Assembly (NCBI GenBank): GCA_038204725.1
Contig: JBBRCQ010000003.1
Span: 11,287-75,286 of the forward strand
From: Bacteroidales bacterium
GTDB lineage: Bacteria; Bacteroidota; Bacteroidia; Bacteroidales; JACABE01
Length of the DNA stretch: 64,000 nt
Direction of reading: 5' to 3'
Part shown: positions 17,853-28,627 of the stretch, one piece after another
Layout of the letters: every line of letters starts with the position of its first letter
How positions within the stretch are numbered: position 1 is the stretch's first letter
Position numbers and translations under genes: made by a program
The notes under the pieces: generated by a model
What the model saw: the letters and a program-made list of their open reading frames with translations, nothing else
Database searches by the model: none
What the model was told of the DNA's origin: nothing

Positions 17853-19357
17853 TATATTTTGTTTTTCAGCATAATTCTAAAAGTTGTTCCTTTATTGGGC
17901 ACAGAAGATTTTACAAATATTTTACCTGAATGGTATTCGTTGATAATCCTTTTTGACAGAGACAACCCTAATCCCCAACCCCTTTTTTTGGAAGTATAAC
18001 CGGGATGGAAAACCGTTTTGAAATTGGATTTGGCTATGCCTTTTCCTGTATCACTGATATCAATATAAACAAACTTATCATCTTCAAATAGTTCAATCCT
18101 TATTTCACCTTCTCCAGCCATGGCATCCATTGCATTTCTGCACAAATTTTCGATCACCCAGTTGAATAAGTGTTGATTGAGCGGGATGATGATTTCTTTA
18201 TGTTCCGGAATATTTACAATGTATTTTATTTTTTTGGGTGAACGGGTAATTAAATAAGAAATCCCTTTCTTAGTAATTTCTACTATATTTTCGTTGGTGA
18301 GTTCCGGCTCTGAACCAATCTTAGAAAACCGCTTGGTAATGGTTTCAAGCCGGTTAATATCCTTTTCAATTTCATCTGTCATGGAGCGATCAATTCCGTT
18401 TAATTTCAACATCTCAACCCATGCAATAATTGAGCTCAAAGGTGTTCCTAATTGATGAGCTGTTTCTTTCGACATTCCCACCCAAACCTGATTTTGTTCA
18501 GATCTTCGGGATATACTGAATAAAAAATATGAAATCAGCAAAAACAATCCAATAATTATAAACTGAATATAGGGAAAGTATTTCAATTGCGTTAATAAAA
18601 ATGAGTTTTCGTAATAAATAATATTTTTACCAATACCAGCGATTTCTACCTCTATGGGTGCATTTTCAATGGCCATCGCATGCAGAGCCTGCTGTAGAAT
18701 AAGACTATCACTCAGATCATCCTCAACATTACCGGATGCAATTAATTTCTTTTTGGTGCTATCTACAACAATTACCGGAACAGATAATGAATTGTCAACT
18801 ACCTCCGAAAAAAATGATTTCGTTAAATCGACCAACACTGACCTTAACTCAGTGTATAATTTCGATTCTTTATAAAATAAATAAATGGTAATATTGTATT
18901 CGCTATGCTTAATGGGTTCAAATTGAGAATATTCTTCTAACAACGCACCCTTCAAAACGCGAACGGTATCGGCATTAAAATCGGTATTACGGCTTCCCTG
19001 AATATTATAGTTGGCATCCGTTATAATTACAGGAATATTCGTATTTTCAGATATGATACTTAAATAAAACGACAAATCCTTATCTGGAGCAGGATTCATA
19101 AGATTTTTATAGGCTTCGGCCCATAATTCGACCTTTCTACGTTCTTCTTTTTTAATTTTTTCAAAAAAAACATCCGTATAGTTTACCAGATTGGCTTTCC
19201 GCTGTATAGCTTCTGCCCAGATTCTAACCTTGTTCCGCTCATCTTTGGCAATTTTTTTGACCAATGTATTGGTGTACCAAAGGGATATCGTTACAATTAC
19301 CATTGCTGATAAAAATAATATCCACTTCCATCGTTTTTTTCGTGCGTATATGTCCAA
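17852..19357 (-). CDS. Sensor histidine kinase (membrane, orphan)
   Basis: 501 aa. H-box 'ETAHQLGTPLSS', N-box 'ENLCRNAMDAM', G-boxes 'DTGKGI' and 'GWGLGLSL', two TM segments. TTG start. Its TAA stop overlaps the hemW ATG (TAATG). Confidence 0.85.
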   Translation of the reverse strand: MDIYARKKRWKWILFLSAMVIVTISLWYTNTLVKKIAKDERNKVRIWAEAIQRKANLVNYTDVFFEKIKKEERRKVELWAEAYKNLMNPAPDKDLSFYLSIISENTNIPVIITDANYNIQGSRNTDFNADTVRVLKGALLEEYSQFEPIKHSEYNITIYLFYKESKLYTELRSVLVDLTKSFFSEVVDNSLSVPVIVVDSTKKKLIASGNVEDDLSDSLILQQALHAMAIENAPIEVEIAGIGKNIIYYENSFLLTQLKYFPYIQFIIIGLFLLISYFLFSISRRSEQNQVWVGMSKETAHQLGTPLSSIIAWVEMLKLNGIDRSMTDEIEKDINRLETITKRFSKIGSEPELTNENIVEITKKGISYLITRSPKKIKYIVNIPEHKEIIIPLNQHLFNWVIENLCRNAMDAMAGEGEIRIELFEDDKFVYIDISDTGKGIAKSNFKTVFHPGYTSKKRGWGLGLSLSKRIINEYHSGKIFVKSSVPNKGTTFRIMLKNKI

Positions 19358-19446
19358 ATTGCAAATCTTTTAGGTTATAAAGATAGAAATAAAATAGATA
19401 ACGATGGATTTTTTTAATTATTTTTCATCAACCCAGTTGCTTTCCC

Positions 19447-21819
19447 TTATTTTATTTCATCAACACTTGCTTCTTCAGTTTCGTTAAAGATGTTAATGAT
19501 AGGCTTTTTAAAACTTTTTGTAATAATAAATTTATCGAGACTCAGTAGTAACGAAGGTAATAAAAAAAGATTGCAAATAATTCCCAGTAATAATGTAAAA
19601 GAAATAAGTAAGCCCATGGCTTGTGTACCGCCAAAAGTAGACAGCATAAATATTGAAAATCCCAGAAATAGTACAACGGAAGAATAAATCATACTGTAAC
19701 CGGCTTCACCCAATGTATACAAAACAGATTCCCTTATGTTTCCATTGTTAATCTTTAATTCTAAACGATAACGCGATAAAAAATGAATGGTATTATCAAC
19801 CGAAATTCCTAAGGCAATACTAAAGATCAAAATGGTAGATGGTTTTATCGAAATTCCGACATATCCCATCATGGCAGCAGTTAAAAGCTGAGGAATCAAA
19901 TTTGGAATCAAAGATAATATAATCATTCTTAATGAACTAAAGAGGGCAGCCATTAACAATGCAATTAAAATAATGGCTAAAATCAGACTTTGAATTAAAT
20001 TATTAATCATATAGTGTGTGCCTTTTAAAAAGACAACACTACTTCCTGTCATTTTTACCACATATTTATTAGGATTAAAAATACTATCTATTTTTGGACG
20101 CAATTCATTCTGAATACGGCTTATATCATTGGTCCCAACATTTGCCATCTGAACACTGATGCGAGTAATTCTCAAATTTGTATCCACGAAAGAATTGAGA
20201 ATCGTTTTCTTTTTGGAATTAATTTTAGGTAAATATTCTGCCATAAAACCCATTTCGCTGTTATCGGGTAACTGAAAATAAGCAGGATTTCCATTGTAAA
20301 AAGCCTGTTTTGCAAATTTTACAACTTCTGCAAGCGAAAGCGGTTTGGAAAGTTCTGGATATGTTTTTAAAACATTCTGCAATTCATCTATTTTTTTTAT
20401 AACAGAAAGTCGCATAACACCTTTATTTTTCTTTGTATCAATGGATATTTCAAACGGCATAATACCATTAAAATTATTTTCAAAAAACAGTAAATCAACA
20501 TACAAAGGATCTCTTTTAGGGATATCATCAACAATATTTCCGGTGGTTTTCAGCAAAGTAACACCATATATACCCACAGCTAAAACAATAAAAGTGATGG
20601 CATAAATAAGTTTGCGTTTATATGTAACCATTTTTTCAATCCAGGCTAAAAAACTGTTGATATTTTTATTGTCAAGATGTTTGGTATGCTTTATTTCAGG
20701 TGGTGCCAGATAGCTAAAGAATACGGGTATTAATATAAGTGTAAGTAAAAAAGTTGACATGATGGCAATGGAAGCAACAATCCCAAATTCAACCAAAATT
20801 TTATTGCCAGTAACAATAAAAGTTGCAAAACCAACTGCTGTAGTAGCATTGGTTAAAAGATTTGCATTGCCAATACGCACAACTATACGTGCCAAAGCCT
20901 TTACTTTGTTACCATGCGAACGGAATTCGTGATGGTATTTATTTAAAAAGAAAATGCAATTTTCAACACAAATAATAATTAATAAAGGAGGAATGATACC
21001 AGTGAGGATCGTAATTTTGTAACCTAATAAAGAAATTATTCCAACTGCCCATACGACGTTAATAATTACAATAAGCATCGGAAAAAGCACAGCTTTGAAC
21101 GAACGGAAGAAAAAATAAAGCATTATAGAAGCTATCAAAAGCGCAATTAGTACAAACATTCTCAGCTCATTTTCCACTTTTTTGGATGTAACCGTACGAA
21201 TATATGGCAAACCTGAATAATGAACTTCAATACCATTTTTTTGGCTAAATGCATCTACCAGTATTTTAATATCATTGATCAGAACAACACGGTTTTTTGT
21301 ATTCAGTTTGTTTTTATCTAACGTAATGCCCATTAATGTAGCATTGGTCGTTTTATTTATCAATAAGCCTTCGTAAAAAGGCAATGCATAAATAATCTGT
21401 CTTATACTGTCCAACTCAGCCTGGGTCCTGGGTTTATATTCAACAACCGGTTTGAAATCAAATTTGTGAGTACTATCGTTTTTGCTTAAATAATATAATT
21501 TTGAAAGTGACAACACTTCTTCAACTCCGTCAATTTCTTTAATTTGATAGGTTAAATCGTACCATGCATTAAATTTATTCAATTCAAAAAGACTGCTATC
21601 TTTAATCCCCACAAATAGCACACTTCCGTCTTCACCGAATTGTTTCCTGAAACTTTCGTAATCTACATTCACTGAATCAGATGCAGGTAACATTTTGGCC
21701 ATTTCATACGACATTTGTACTTTTGTAGCATGATAACCCATAAAAAGTGTAATTAGCAAAATTGCCAAAACATTCCAAAACCGATAACGTAAAATCAATC
21801 TAACCAGATAAGTCCACAT
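19447..21819 (-). CDS. MMPL/RND-superfamily exporter (COG1033-like)
   Basis: 790 aa with two 6-TM bundles, each preceded by a large loop. Confidence 0.8.
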   Translation of the reverse strand: MWTYLVRLILRYRFWNVLAILLITLFMGYHATKVQMSYEMAKMLPASDSVNVDYESFRKQFGEDGSVLFVGIKDSSLFELNKFNAWYDLTYQIKEIDGVEEVLSLSKLYYLSKNDSTHKFDFKPVVEYKPRTQAELDSIRQIIYALPFYEGLLINKTTNATLMGITLDKNKLNTKNRVVLINDIKILVDAFSQKNGIEVHYSGLPYIRTVTSKKVENELRMFVLIALLIASIMLYFFFRSFKAVLFPMLIVIINVVWAVGIISLLGYKITILTGIIPPLLIIICVENCIFFLNKYHHEFRSHGNKVKALARIVVRIGNANLLTNATTAVGFATFIVTGNKILVEFGIVASIAIMSTFLLTLILIPVFFSYLAPPEIKHTKHLDNKNINSFLAWIEKMVTYKRKLIYAITFIVLAVGIYGVTLLKTTGNIVDDIPKRDPLYVDLLFFENNFNGIMPFEISIDTKKNKGVMRLSVIKKIDELQNVLKTYPELSKPLSLAEVVKFAKQAFYNGNPAYFQLPDNSEMGFMAEYLPKINSKKKTILNSFVDTNLRITRISVQMANVGTNDISRIQNELRPKIDSIFNPNKYVVKMTGSSVVFLKGTHYMINNLIQSLILAIILIALLMAALFSSLRMIILSLIPNLIPQLLTAAMMGYVGISIKPSTILIFSIALGISVDNTIHFLSRYRLELKINNGNIRESVLYTLGEAGYSMIYSSVVLFLGFSIFMLSTFGGTQAMGLLISFTLLLGIICNLFLLPSLLLSLDKFIITKSFKKPIINIFNETEEASVDEIK

Positions 21820-21930
21820 AATTTAACCTCTTTTTTAACCATGGCAAAAGTACCATTTTATTATTTTTTAAAGGTTATATATCTTGTTTTTTATTTTAAA
21901 TAGCTTAATTTTGGGCTATATTTTATAAAT

Positions 21931-23097
21931 ATGAAAAAAATTATCTATGCTGTTATAGCTATTTTTATTGTTTACGGTTGTAGCTCATCCTCTATTAAGA
22001 ATTTGCAAAAAGGTCAGTATGACAAGGCTATTGACAAATCTGTGAAAGAATTGCTGAAAGATCCGAGTCAACACGACGAAATTCAGGTTCTTTCGCAAGC
22101 ATACAAATCAGCCAATCAGAGCGACAATGAGAAAATTGTACAACTCAAATTAACAGGACAGCCTGATATCTGGGAACAGATTTATCTTCGATATGATGCC
22201 CTTCAAAAGCGACAGGAAAAAGTAGGCAGGTTGGCACAGGTAATTAACCTGGATTATATTGCCTATCAATATATTAACTATAACAATGAAATTGTCAACG
22301 CCAAAAATAAAGCAACAGAATATTATTATATACATGCAAAATCGTTACTTGACAAAGGCGATAAATACAGTGCAAGAATTGCATACGATGAGTTACAAAA
22401 AGTAAAAACCTTTTATCCTGTTTATAAAGATACGGATGATTTAATAAAAATCGCCTATAACAAAGGAAATACCTATGTTATTTTTAAAATTGAAAACAAT
22501 TCCCAATCCATTTTACCTTCTAGTTTTAAAGATGAGTTATACAATACAAGCATTGACGGTTTAAATCAAAAATGGACTATTTACGATTCAAAACCTCTGG
22601 AAAATTTTACTTTTGATTACATCATACTTTTAAATATACGACTTATTGACATTTCTCCTGAAAACTTTAACCAAAAACAATATACTGAATCCAAACAAAT
22701 TCCCGATGGATGGCAGTATAAATTAGACAACAAAGGAAATGTCATGAAAGATTCTACAGGAAATGATATAAAAGTTCCAAAATTCAGAACAATTTCATGT
22801 AACATAACCGATGTTCAACAATCCAAAGCTGTTGTTATTGCAGGAACGCTGGATTTTATCAACAATGCAACCCGTCAGGTTATCAAATCAGATCCTATCA
22901 AAGCCGAATGGTTTTTTAAAAATGATTTTACCACAGCCAACGGCGATTTGAATGCTGTTTCAGCGAAAACCGCACCTAAACTTCAATCCACTCAAATGCC
23001 TTTTCCTCCGAATATGGATATGATATTGCAGGCAGGAAATGTATTGAAAAACATGTGCAAAGATATCATCCGAAGAAATAATAATATACTAAAATAA
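21931..23097 (+). CDS. Hypothetical lipoprotein
   Basis: 388 aa with the lipobox 'IVYGCSSS'. No recognised domain. Confidence 0.55.
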   Translation: MKKIIYAVIAIFIVYGCSSSSIKNLQKGQYDKAIDKSVKELLKDPSQHDEIQVLSQAYKSANQSDNEKIVQLKLTGQPDIWEQIYLRYDALQKRQEKVGRLAQVINLDYIAYQYINYNNEIVNAKNKATEYYYIHAKSLLDKGDKYSARIAYDELQKVKTFYPVYKDTDDLIKIAYNKGNTYVIFKIENNSQSILPSSFKDELYNTSIDGLNQKWTIYDSKPLENFTFDYIILLNIRLIDISPENFNQKQYTESKQIPDGWQYKLDNKGNVMKDSTGNDIKVPKFRTISCNITDVQQSKAVVIAGTLDFINNATRQVIKSDPIKAEWFFKNDFTTANGDLNAVSAKTAPKLQSTQMPFPPNMDMILQAGNVLKNMCKDIIRRNNNILK

Positions 23098-23113
23098 GAG
23101 ATCTTTAAACCCA

Positions 23114-24064
23114 ATGAACAAAAAAATACTGTTTATCGACAATACGCATCCATTATTGCTAGATGAACTTAGAACAGCCGGCTTTCAATGCGATTTTTTT
23201 CCTGATTATACGCTTACAGACTACGATAAAATTATTGCAGCTTACGATGGAATCATTATTCGCAGCAAAATAATGATGGACAGACAAATGATTGATAAAG
23301 CCACAAAACTCAGGTTTATAGGAAGAGTAGGCGCAGGAATGGAAAGCATAGATGTTGTCTATGCCGAAAGCAAAGGTATTGCTTGTTTGAATTCACCGGA
23401 AGGCAACAGAGATGCAGTGGGCGAACATGCATTGGGAATGTTGTTGTGTTTGTTTAATAAACTAAATTTTGCCGATCTGCAGATGCGTAAAGGTATTCGC
23501 GACAGAGAAGGCAACAGAGGTATTGAAATCAAAGGAAAAACCATTGGAATTATTGGTTATGGGAATATGGGAAGTGCTTTCGCGCAACGTTTAAAAGGCT
23601 TTGAAGCCAATGTAATGGCTTATGATAAATACAAAATTGATTTTGGAAATGAATATGTTACAGAAGTTAGTTTAGACATACTTTTTGCGGAGGCTGACAT
23701 TGTGAGCTTTCATGTTCCTTTGACATTGGAAACCAGTTATATGTTTGATGAAGCGTTTATACAGAAATTTAAAAAAGATTTTTATCTGATCAATACTGCC
23801 AGAGGTGGCATCGTAAAAACAGATGCTTTGGTGGAAGCTTTAAAAAGTGGCAAAGTAAAAGGAAGTTGTCTGGATGTAATTGAATACGAAAATTTTTCTT
23901 TTGAAGAAATGAATACCAGCCAATTATCAGCAGCTTATCAGTATTTAATCAACTCCGATAATGTATTGCTTTCACCACATATAGCAGGTTGGACTGTGGA
24001 ATCGAAATATAAATTAGCCAAAGTGTTAGCCGATAAAATAAAAAAAAGATTTTGTACCGAATAA
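23114..24064 (+). CDS. D-isomer-specific 2-hydroxyacid dehydrogenase (SerA-like)
   Basis: 'GIIGYGNMGSA' Rossmann motif, 'NTARG' and 'SPHIAG'. Confidence 0.85.
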   Translation: MNKKILFIDNTHPLLLDELRTAGFQCDFFPDYTLTDYDKIIAAYDGIIIRSKIMMDRQMIDKATKLRFIGRVGAGMESIDVVYAESKGIACLNSPEGNRDAVGEHALGMLLCLFNKLNFADLQMRKGIRDREGNRGIEIKGKTIGIIGYGNMGSAFAQRLKGFEANVMAYDKYKIDFGNEYVTEVSLDILFAEADIVSFHVPLTLETSYMFDEAFIQKFKKDFYLINTARGGIVKTDALVEALKSGKVKGSCLDVIEYENFSFEEMNTSQLSAAYQYLINSDNVLLSPHIAGWTVESKYKLAKVLADKIKKRFCTE

Positions 24065-24136
24065 CATAAAACCAAAAGATTTCGTTGGTTTCACCATGTG
24101 GAATTAGCAGTTTTAATACGGCGTAATTAATTAAGC

Positions 24137-24679
24137 TTAAAACTCTTGCTGAATTTCATTTTTCACATATTCCAGGGCAATTTCAACAGGTAATTTTTCA
24201 ATTGTTGAAGACATTTCAAAAATCATTCTTGCAAGTTCAGTGCTTTTAGCATCCTCATTGATATTTCCAGCTGCATCATTAATTAAAATAACCAGCTCTT
24301 CTTTGGCATTTTTTACCAAATTCCACGATTTTTGGGAAATGTACAATTGCTGGGACAAATTGTACTCGTATTCTTCACGAATGGTTTTTATCATAGCAGT
24401 CTGCATTTGCTTTGCACTCATATTTGGAAGGCTAACTCTAATAATTAAACTACTGGGCGATATTCTTTCCATAAACAAGATAATTCTTTCATAGGCTTGC
24501 ATACGGATAGGCGTAATGTACCGCTGGTTGTTTGACAGATTATTCATCTTTAATTCAAGCATCCGCTTTCTGTTGTCATTTTCCAAAAATTGTCTGATAA
24601 GGTAAAATGCTGTTGCAAAGACAACCAAAGATGGTAAAACGTATTTTAATATTTCTAAAATGTTATTTAGATAATTCAT
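24137..24679 (-). CDS. Hypothetical N-terminally membrane-anchored protein
   Basis: 180 aa with one N-terminal TM segment and a helical remainder. No family recognised. Confidence 0.5.
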   Translation of the reverse strand: MNYLNNILEILKYVLPSLVVFATAFYLIRQFLENDNRKRMLELKMNNLSNNQRYITPIRMQAYERIILFMERISPSSLIIRVSLPNMSAKQMQTAMIKTIREEYEYNLSQQLYISQKSWNLVKNAKEELVILINDAAGNINEDAKSTELARMIFEMSSTIEKLPVEIALEYVKNEIQQEF

Positions 24680-24956
24680 ATAATTTGTATTGAAAATTAA
24701 TTTGCAAACCTACATGATTTTTTTGGAAAAATTGCTGAAAATCACAAAGAATTACAATGCTATCTCACTAAAAAAAGGATCCACTATTTTCTTTTTATAA
24801 TAAATCCAATAAAAAAAACCTTTATCTCCCTGAATTACCGGTGATTTTAATACTGACAATATTTGTCCAAATATTATTAAGTGAAGTAAATTGTATGTAA
24901 ATTTGCATAAAAAAAAATTAATCAATAATTTACATACAGTATTAATTTTCAATATA

Positions 24957-25574
24957 ATGAAATTAAATTACATTATAATATTTGGACTCTTTATTGGAAT
25001 AATCTGTATTTCAGTTTCAGTAAATGCACAGGAAAACATCGACGAAAAAAAGGGAAGTGATGCAATTAGCATAATCCATAATCGTAAAAGTATAAGGGAT
25101 TTTACCGGACAAATGGTTTCGGACGGCATACTTGATACACTTGCCAGAGCAGGCATGGCAGCTCCATCTGCCAAAAACAAACAAGCATGGGCTTATATAT
25201 TAATCAACAACCGTAAAACACTGCATGCATTGGCTGACAGCTTACCTTCAGCAAAAATGCTTTACAAAGCCGGAGCTGCCATCATTGTATGCGGTGATTT
25301 AAGCAAAGTTATGGCTGATAAAAAAGAATTCTACTGGATACCTGAATGTGCTGCTGCCAGTCAGAATATTCTTTTAGCTATTGAAGCGCTAAGATTAGGT
25401 GGTGTATGGACAGGTGTTTTTCCAGATCATCAAAGAGTAGCAACTGTTTGTAAAATCCTTGGAATTCCCTCAGACATAATTCCGCTTAATGTAATCGCCA
25501 TAGGATATCCGTCAGGTAAAGATGTACCGAAAAACAAATACAAAAAAGAAAATATTCATTGGAACAAATGGTAA
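24957..25574 (+). CDS. Nitroreductase-family flavoprotein with an N-terminal signal-like segment
   Basis: The start is moved to ATG 24957 (MKLNYIIIFGLFIGIICISVSVNAQ). It has 'IHNRKSIRDF' and 'APSAKNKQAW'. Confidence 0.75.
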   Translation: MKLNYIIIFGLFIGIICISVSVNAQENIDEKKGSDAISIIHNRKSIRDFTGQMVSDGILDTLARAGMAAPSAKNKQAWAYILINNRKTLHALADSLPSAKMLYKAGAAIIVCGDLSKVMADKKEFYWIPECAAASQNILLAIEALRLGGVWTGVFPDHQRVATVCKILGIPSDIIPLNVIAIGYPSGKDVPKNKYKKENIHWNKW

Positions 25575-25589
25575 TAATATTTAACTAAA

Positions 25590-26282
25590 ATGATCAAAAA
25601 CATACTTTTGCTGTTCATTACTGTCATTTTAGTGACTCACTATAGTTCTGGACAATCCAAAAACTTTGCATTGCAACAAGGAGATATCCTTTTTCAGGAT
25701 TTAGATTGCGGACTATTTTGTGATGCTATCGAAAAAGTAACACAGGGCTATAAAGGTGCTAAATTTTCGCATGTTGCCATTGCAGTGTTGGATAAAGAAG
25801 GTAATATTTTTGTAATCGAAGCTGTTAGCAAAGGAGTAAGCATTCTATCGCTCAATGACTTTTTAGCAAAAACTTATGACAGCCTTCACCAGCCTAAAGT
25901 TATGGTTGGCAGATTAAAGCCTGAATATCAATATTTGATCCCAAAAGCCATTGAAGAAGCGTATAAATTAGTGGGACAACCCTATGATGATGTTTTTTGC
26001 ATAACCAATAACAACTATTACTGTTCAGAATTGATATATGAGATCTTTAAAAAAGCAAATAACAATCATGCATTTTTTACATTGCATCCCATGACTTTTA
26101 AAGATCCGGAAACGGGTAAAACTTTTCCTGCTTGGGTTGATTATTTTAAGGATTTAAACCAACCCATTCCTGAAGGTGAATTGGGGAATGCTCCCGGAGA
26201 CCTCTCTCTTTCTGAAAAAATAAAAATTGTTCATTTATATGGAATTCCAAATGGATATAAAGGTAAAAAATTAATTAAATAA
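25590..26282 (+). CDS. YiiX-like permuted papain-fold protein (secreted)
   Basis: 230 aa with a signal peptide. 'GDILFQD...KFSHVAI...YYCSELIYEIF' resembles the YiiX/DUF830 family. Confidence 0.6.
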   Translation: MIKNILLLFITVILVTHYSSGQSKNFALQQGDILFQDLDCGLFCDAIEKVTQGYKGAKFSHVAIAVLDKEGNIFVIEAVSKGVSILSLNDFLAKTYDSLHQPKVMVGRLKPEYQYLIPKAIEEAYKLVGQPYDDVFCITNNNYYCSELIYEIFKKANNNHAFFTLHPMTFKDPETGKTFPAWVDYFKDLNQPIPEGELGNAPGDLSLSEKIKIVHLYGIPNGYKGKKLIK

Positions 26283-26287
26283 ATCAA

Positions 26288-27475
26288 ATGGAAAGTATTT
26301 GCAAACTTTATAAAATTGGAAATGGCCCCTCCAGCAGTCATACCATCGGACCGCGAAAAGCAGCATTGTTATTTAAAGAAAGAAACTTACAAGCGCATCA
26401 CTTTGGTGTAACTTTATATGGCAGTCTGGCTGCCACAGGCAAAGGGCATTTAACAGACATAGCCATTATTGAAGCAATGCATCCGTTTGAGATTCAAATC
26501 AATTTCGAGCCCGGTATTTCACAGCCATTTCATCCGAATGCTATGCTTTTTGAAGCTTTTGGTGTAAACGGAGAAAAAATAGAAGAATGGATGGTATACA
26601 GCATTGGTGGTGGCGATCTTTCTGCAACAGGTATTAGCATTGAACATCAATCCATTTATAGTATCCACAAAATGGATGAAGTGTTGCAATGGTGCGAATC
26701 GAACGGAAAAACGCTGTGGGAATTTGTTGAAAAACATGAAAACAGCGAATTCTGGGATTACCTGAAAGAAGTTTGGCAAGTGATGAAAGAGTCTATAGAA
26801 AAGGGAATCGATAATGAAGGTAGCTTACCGGGAGGTTTGAATTTACAAAGAAGAGCTCCCTCCTATTTTATAAAAGCTTCAGGCTACAAAGCATCATTAA
26901 AGAGTAGAGCTTTGGTTTTTGCTTATGCTTTGGCAGTGGCAGAAGAGAATGCATCGGGTGGCAAAATCGTTACTGCTCCCACTTGTGGCTCATCGGGTGT
27001 AGTTCCGGCAGTGCTGTATCATCTTTTCAAAAGCTATGAATTTTCGGAAAAGAAAATTTTGAAAGCATTGGCTACAGCCGGACTTATTGGTAATCTGGTG
27101 AAGAAAAACGCATCTGTTTCGGGTGCTGAAGTCGGTTGTCAGGGCGAAATAGGAACCGCTTGTTCAATGGCTGCTGCAGCTGCCAATCAACTTTTCGGTG
27201 GCAGTCCCTCACAAATTGAATATGCTGCAGAAATGGGTTTAGAACATCATTTGGGATTAACCTGCGATCCGGTTTGCGGATTAGTGCAAATTCCATGTAT
27301 CGAACGAAACGCTTTTGCTGCAGTAAGAGCACTGGATGCAAATATTTATGCTATGCTTTCGGATGGAAAACACAATGTAAGTTTCGACAGAGTGGTAAGC
27401 GTGATGCGCGAAACAGGTCATGATATTCCAAGTTTGTACAAAGAAACCGCCGAAGGTGGTCTCGCAAAATTCTAA
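26288..27475 (+). CDS. sdaA: L-serine ammonia-lyase (Fe-S type)
   Basis: 'YKIGNGPSSSHTIGP', 'TAPTCGSSGVVPA' and 'SGAEVGCQGEIG'. Confidence 0.9.
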   Translation: MESICKLYKIGNGPSSSHTIGPRKAALLFKERNLQAHHFGVTLYGSLAATGKGHLTDIAIIEAMHPFEIQINFEPGISQPFHPNAMLFEAFGVNGEKIEEWMVYSIGGGDLSATGISIEHQSIYSIHKMDEVLQWCESNGKTLWEFVEKHENSEFWDYLKEVWQVMKESIEKGIDNEGSLPGGLNLQRRAPSYFIKASGYKASLKSRALVFAYALAVAEENASGGKIVTAPTCGSSGVVPAVLYHLFKSYEFSEKKILKALATAGLIGNLVKKNASVSGAEVGCQGEIGTACSMAAAAANQLFGGSPSQIEYAAEMGLEHHLGLTCDPVCGLVQIPCIERNAFAAVRALDANIYAMLSDGKHNVSFDRVVSVMRETGHDIPSLYKETAEGGLAKF

Positions 27476-27818
27476 TCTTTCCTTTTTTTAATTGAAGTTA
27501 ATCAACTATTTAATGATTATTATCAATAGAATAACAAATCCTGTCTATGAAAAAACTAAATGATTGAGATTCAGATCCTATCTTAAAATTTCAATTTTTT
27601 CATAGCAGCCTTTGATGCAACGCTTGATTTTGCTACATTTTTACTTCAACTAGAACTAAAGAATTAGGTGAATATTATTGATTTTTCTTTCAAAAAAAAC
27701 AGATTCTCTGATTGAATGCTTGCTTTCTATAAACAGGTATTCAGGAATTTGCTTTTCCTACGCTATAAACATTTGAATAAATTATTTGTTATTAATTAAT
27801 TACAAACATATTTATTAA

Positions 27819-28589
27819 ATGAATTATACAACAATTAAAGTTAATGTCTCCAAAGATATAGCAATACTTACCATTTCCAGACCGGAAGCACTCAATGCAT
27901 TGAATTCTAAAGTATTCTCTGAAATTGACCATTTTATAACTTCACTCGAAAATCAACCTCAAATTAAGGTAATCATTATCACAGGAGAAGGAAAGTCATT
28001 TGTGGCAGGTGCTGATATTGCAGAAATGGTTTCGATGACGCATAGTGAAGGCTTACAGTTTTCGTTGAAAGGCCAGGCAGTTTTTAACCGGCTTGAATCT
28101 CTGAAAATACCTGTAATTGCTGCAATTAATGGATTTGCCCTGGGTGGTGGCTGTGAGTTGGCAATGTCATGCGATTTCAGAATAGCCAGCAACAAAGCCA
28201 AATTTGGTCAACCGGAAGTGAACCTTGGATTAATTCCAGGTTATGCAGGAACTCAACGGCTATCGCGACTGATAGGTTTAGGGAATGCGCTGTATCTGCT
28301 GATGACTGCTGATGTAATTACAGCAGAAGAAGCCCTTCGGATAGGGTTGGTGCAAAAAGTAGTAGAACCCGAAGAATTAATGACGGTTGTTATGGAAATG
28401 GCTGAAAAAATAACAACAAAAGGGAAAAAGGCTATAAAAAATGTAAAACAGGTTACCAGGCAAGGATATAATATGCAATTTACAGATGGGAGCCAATTAG
28501 AAGCCAATGTTTTTGGAAACAGTTTTGGCAATGGAGAATCTGAAGAAGGGATGAAAGCATTTCTCGAAAAGCGAAAACCTGTCTGGTAA
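27819..28589 (+). CDS. Enoyl-CoA hydratase (crotonase family)
   Basis: 'ITGEGKSFVAGADI' and 'AAINGFALGGGCELAMSCD'. Confidence 0.9.
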   Translation: MNYTTIKVNVSKDIAILTISRPEALNALNSKVFSEIDHFITSLENQPQIKVIIITGEGKSFVAGADIAEMVSMTHSEGLQFSLKGQAVFNRLESLKIPVIAAINGFALGGGCELAMSCDFRIASNKAKFGQPEVNLGLIPGYAGTQRLSRLIGLGNALYLLMTADVITAEEALRIGLVQKVVEPEELMTVVMEMAEKITTKGKKAIKNVKQVTRQGYNMQFTDGSQLEANVFGNSFGNGESEEGMKAFLEKRKPVW

Positions 28590-28627
28590 AATATTATTCA
28601 AATAATTAAACTATATAAATTATAATC

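Noticed and set aside
24898-24905. TAAATTTG (-7-like box) upstream of the nitroreductase gene
   Set aside because: It matches TAnnTTTG, but the nearest upstream TTTG is ~32 nt away, which is the wrong spacing. That is not enough to call a promoter.
27545-27605. 11-bp inverted repeat ctatgaaaaaa / ttttttcatag after sdaA
   Set aside because: The stem is A/T-only with a 39-nt loop. This is plausible by chance in AT-rich DNA and would be weak as a terminator.
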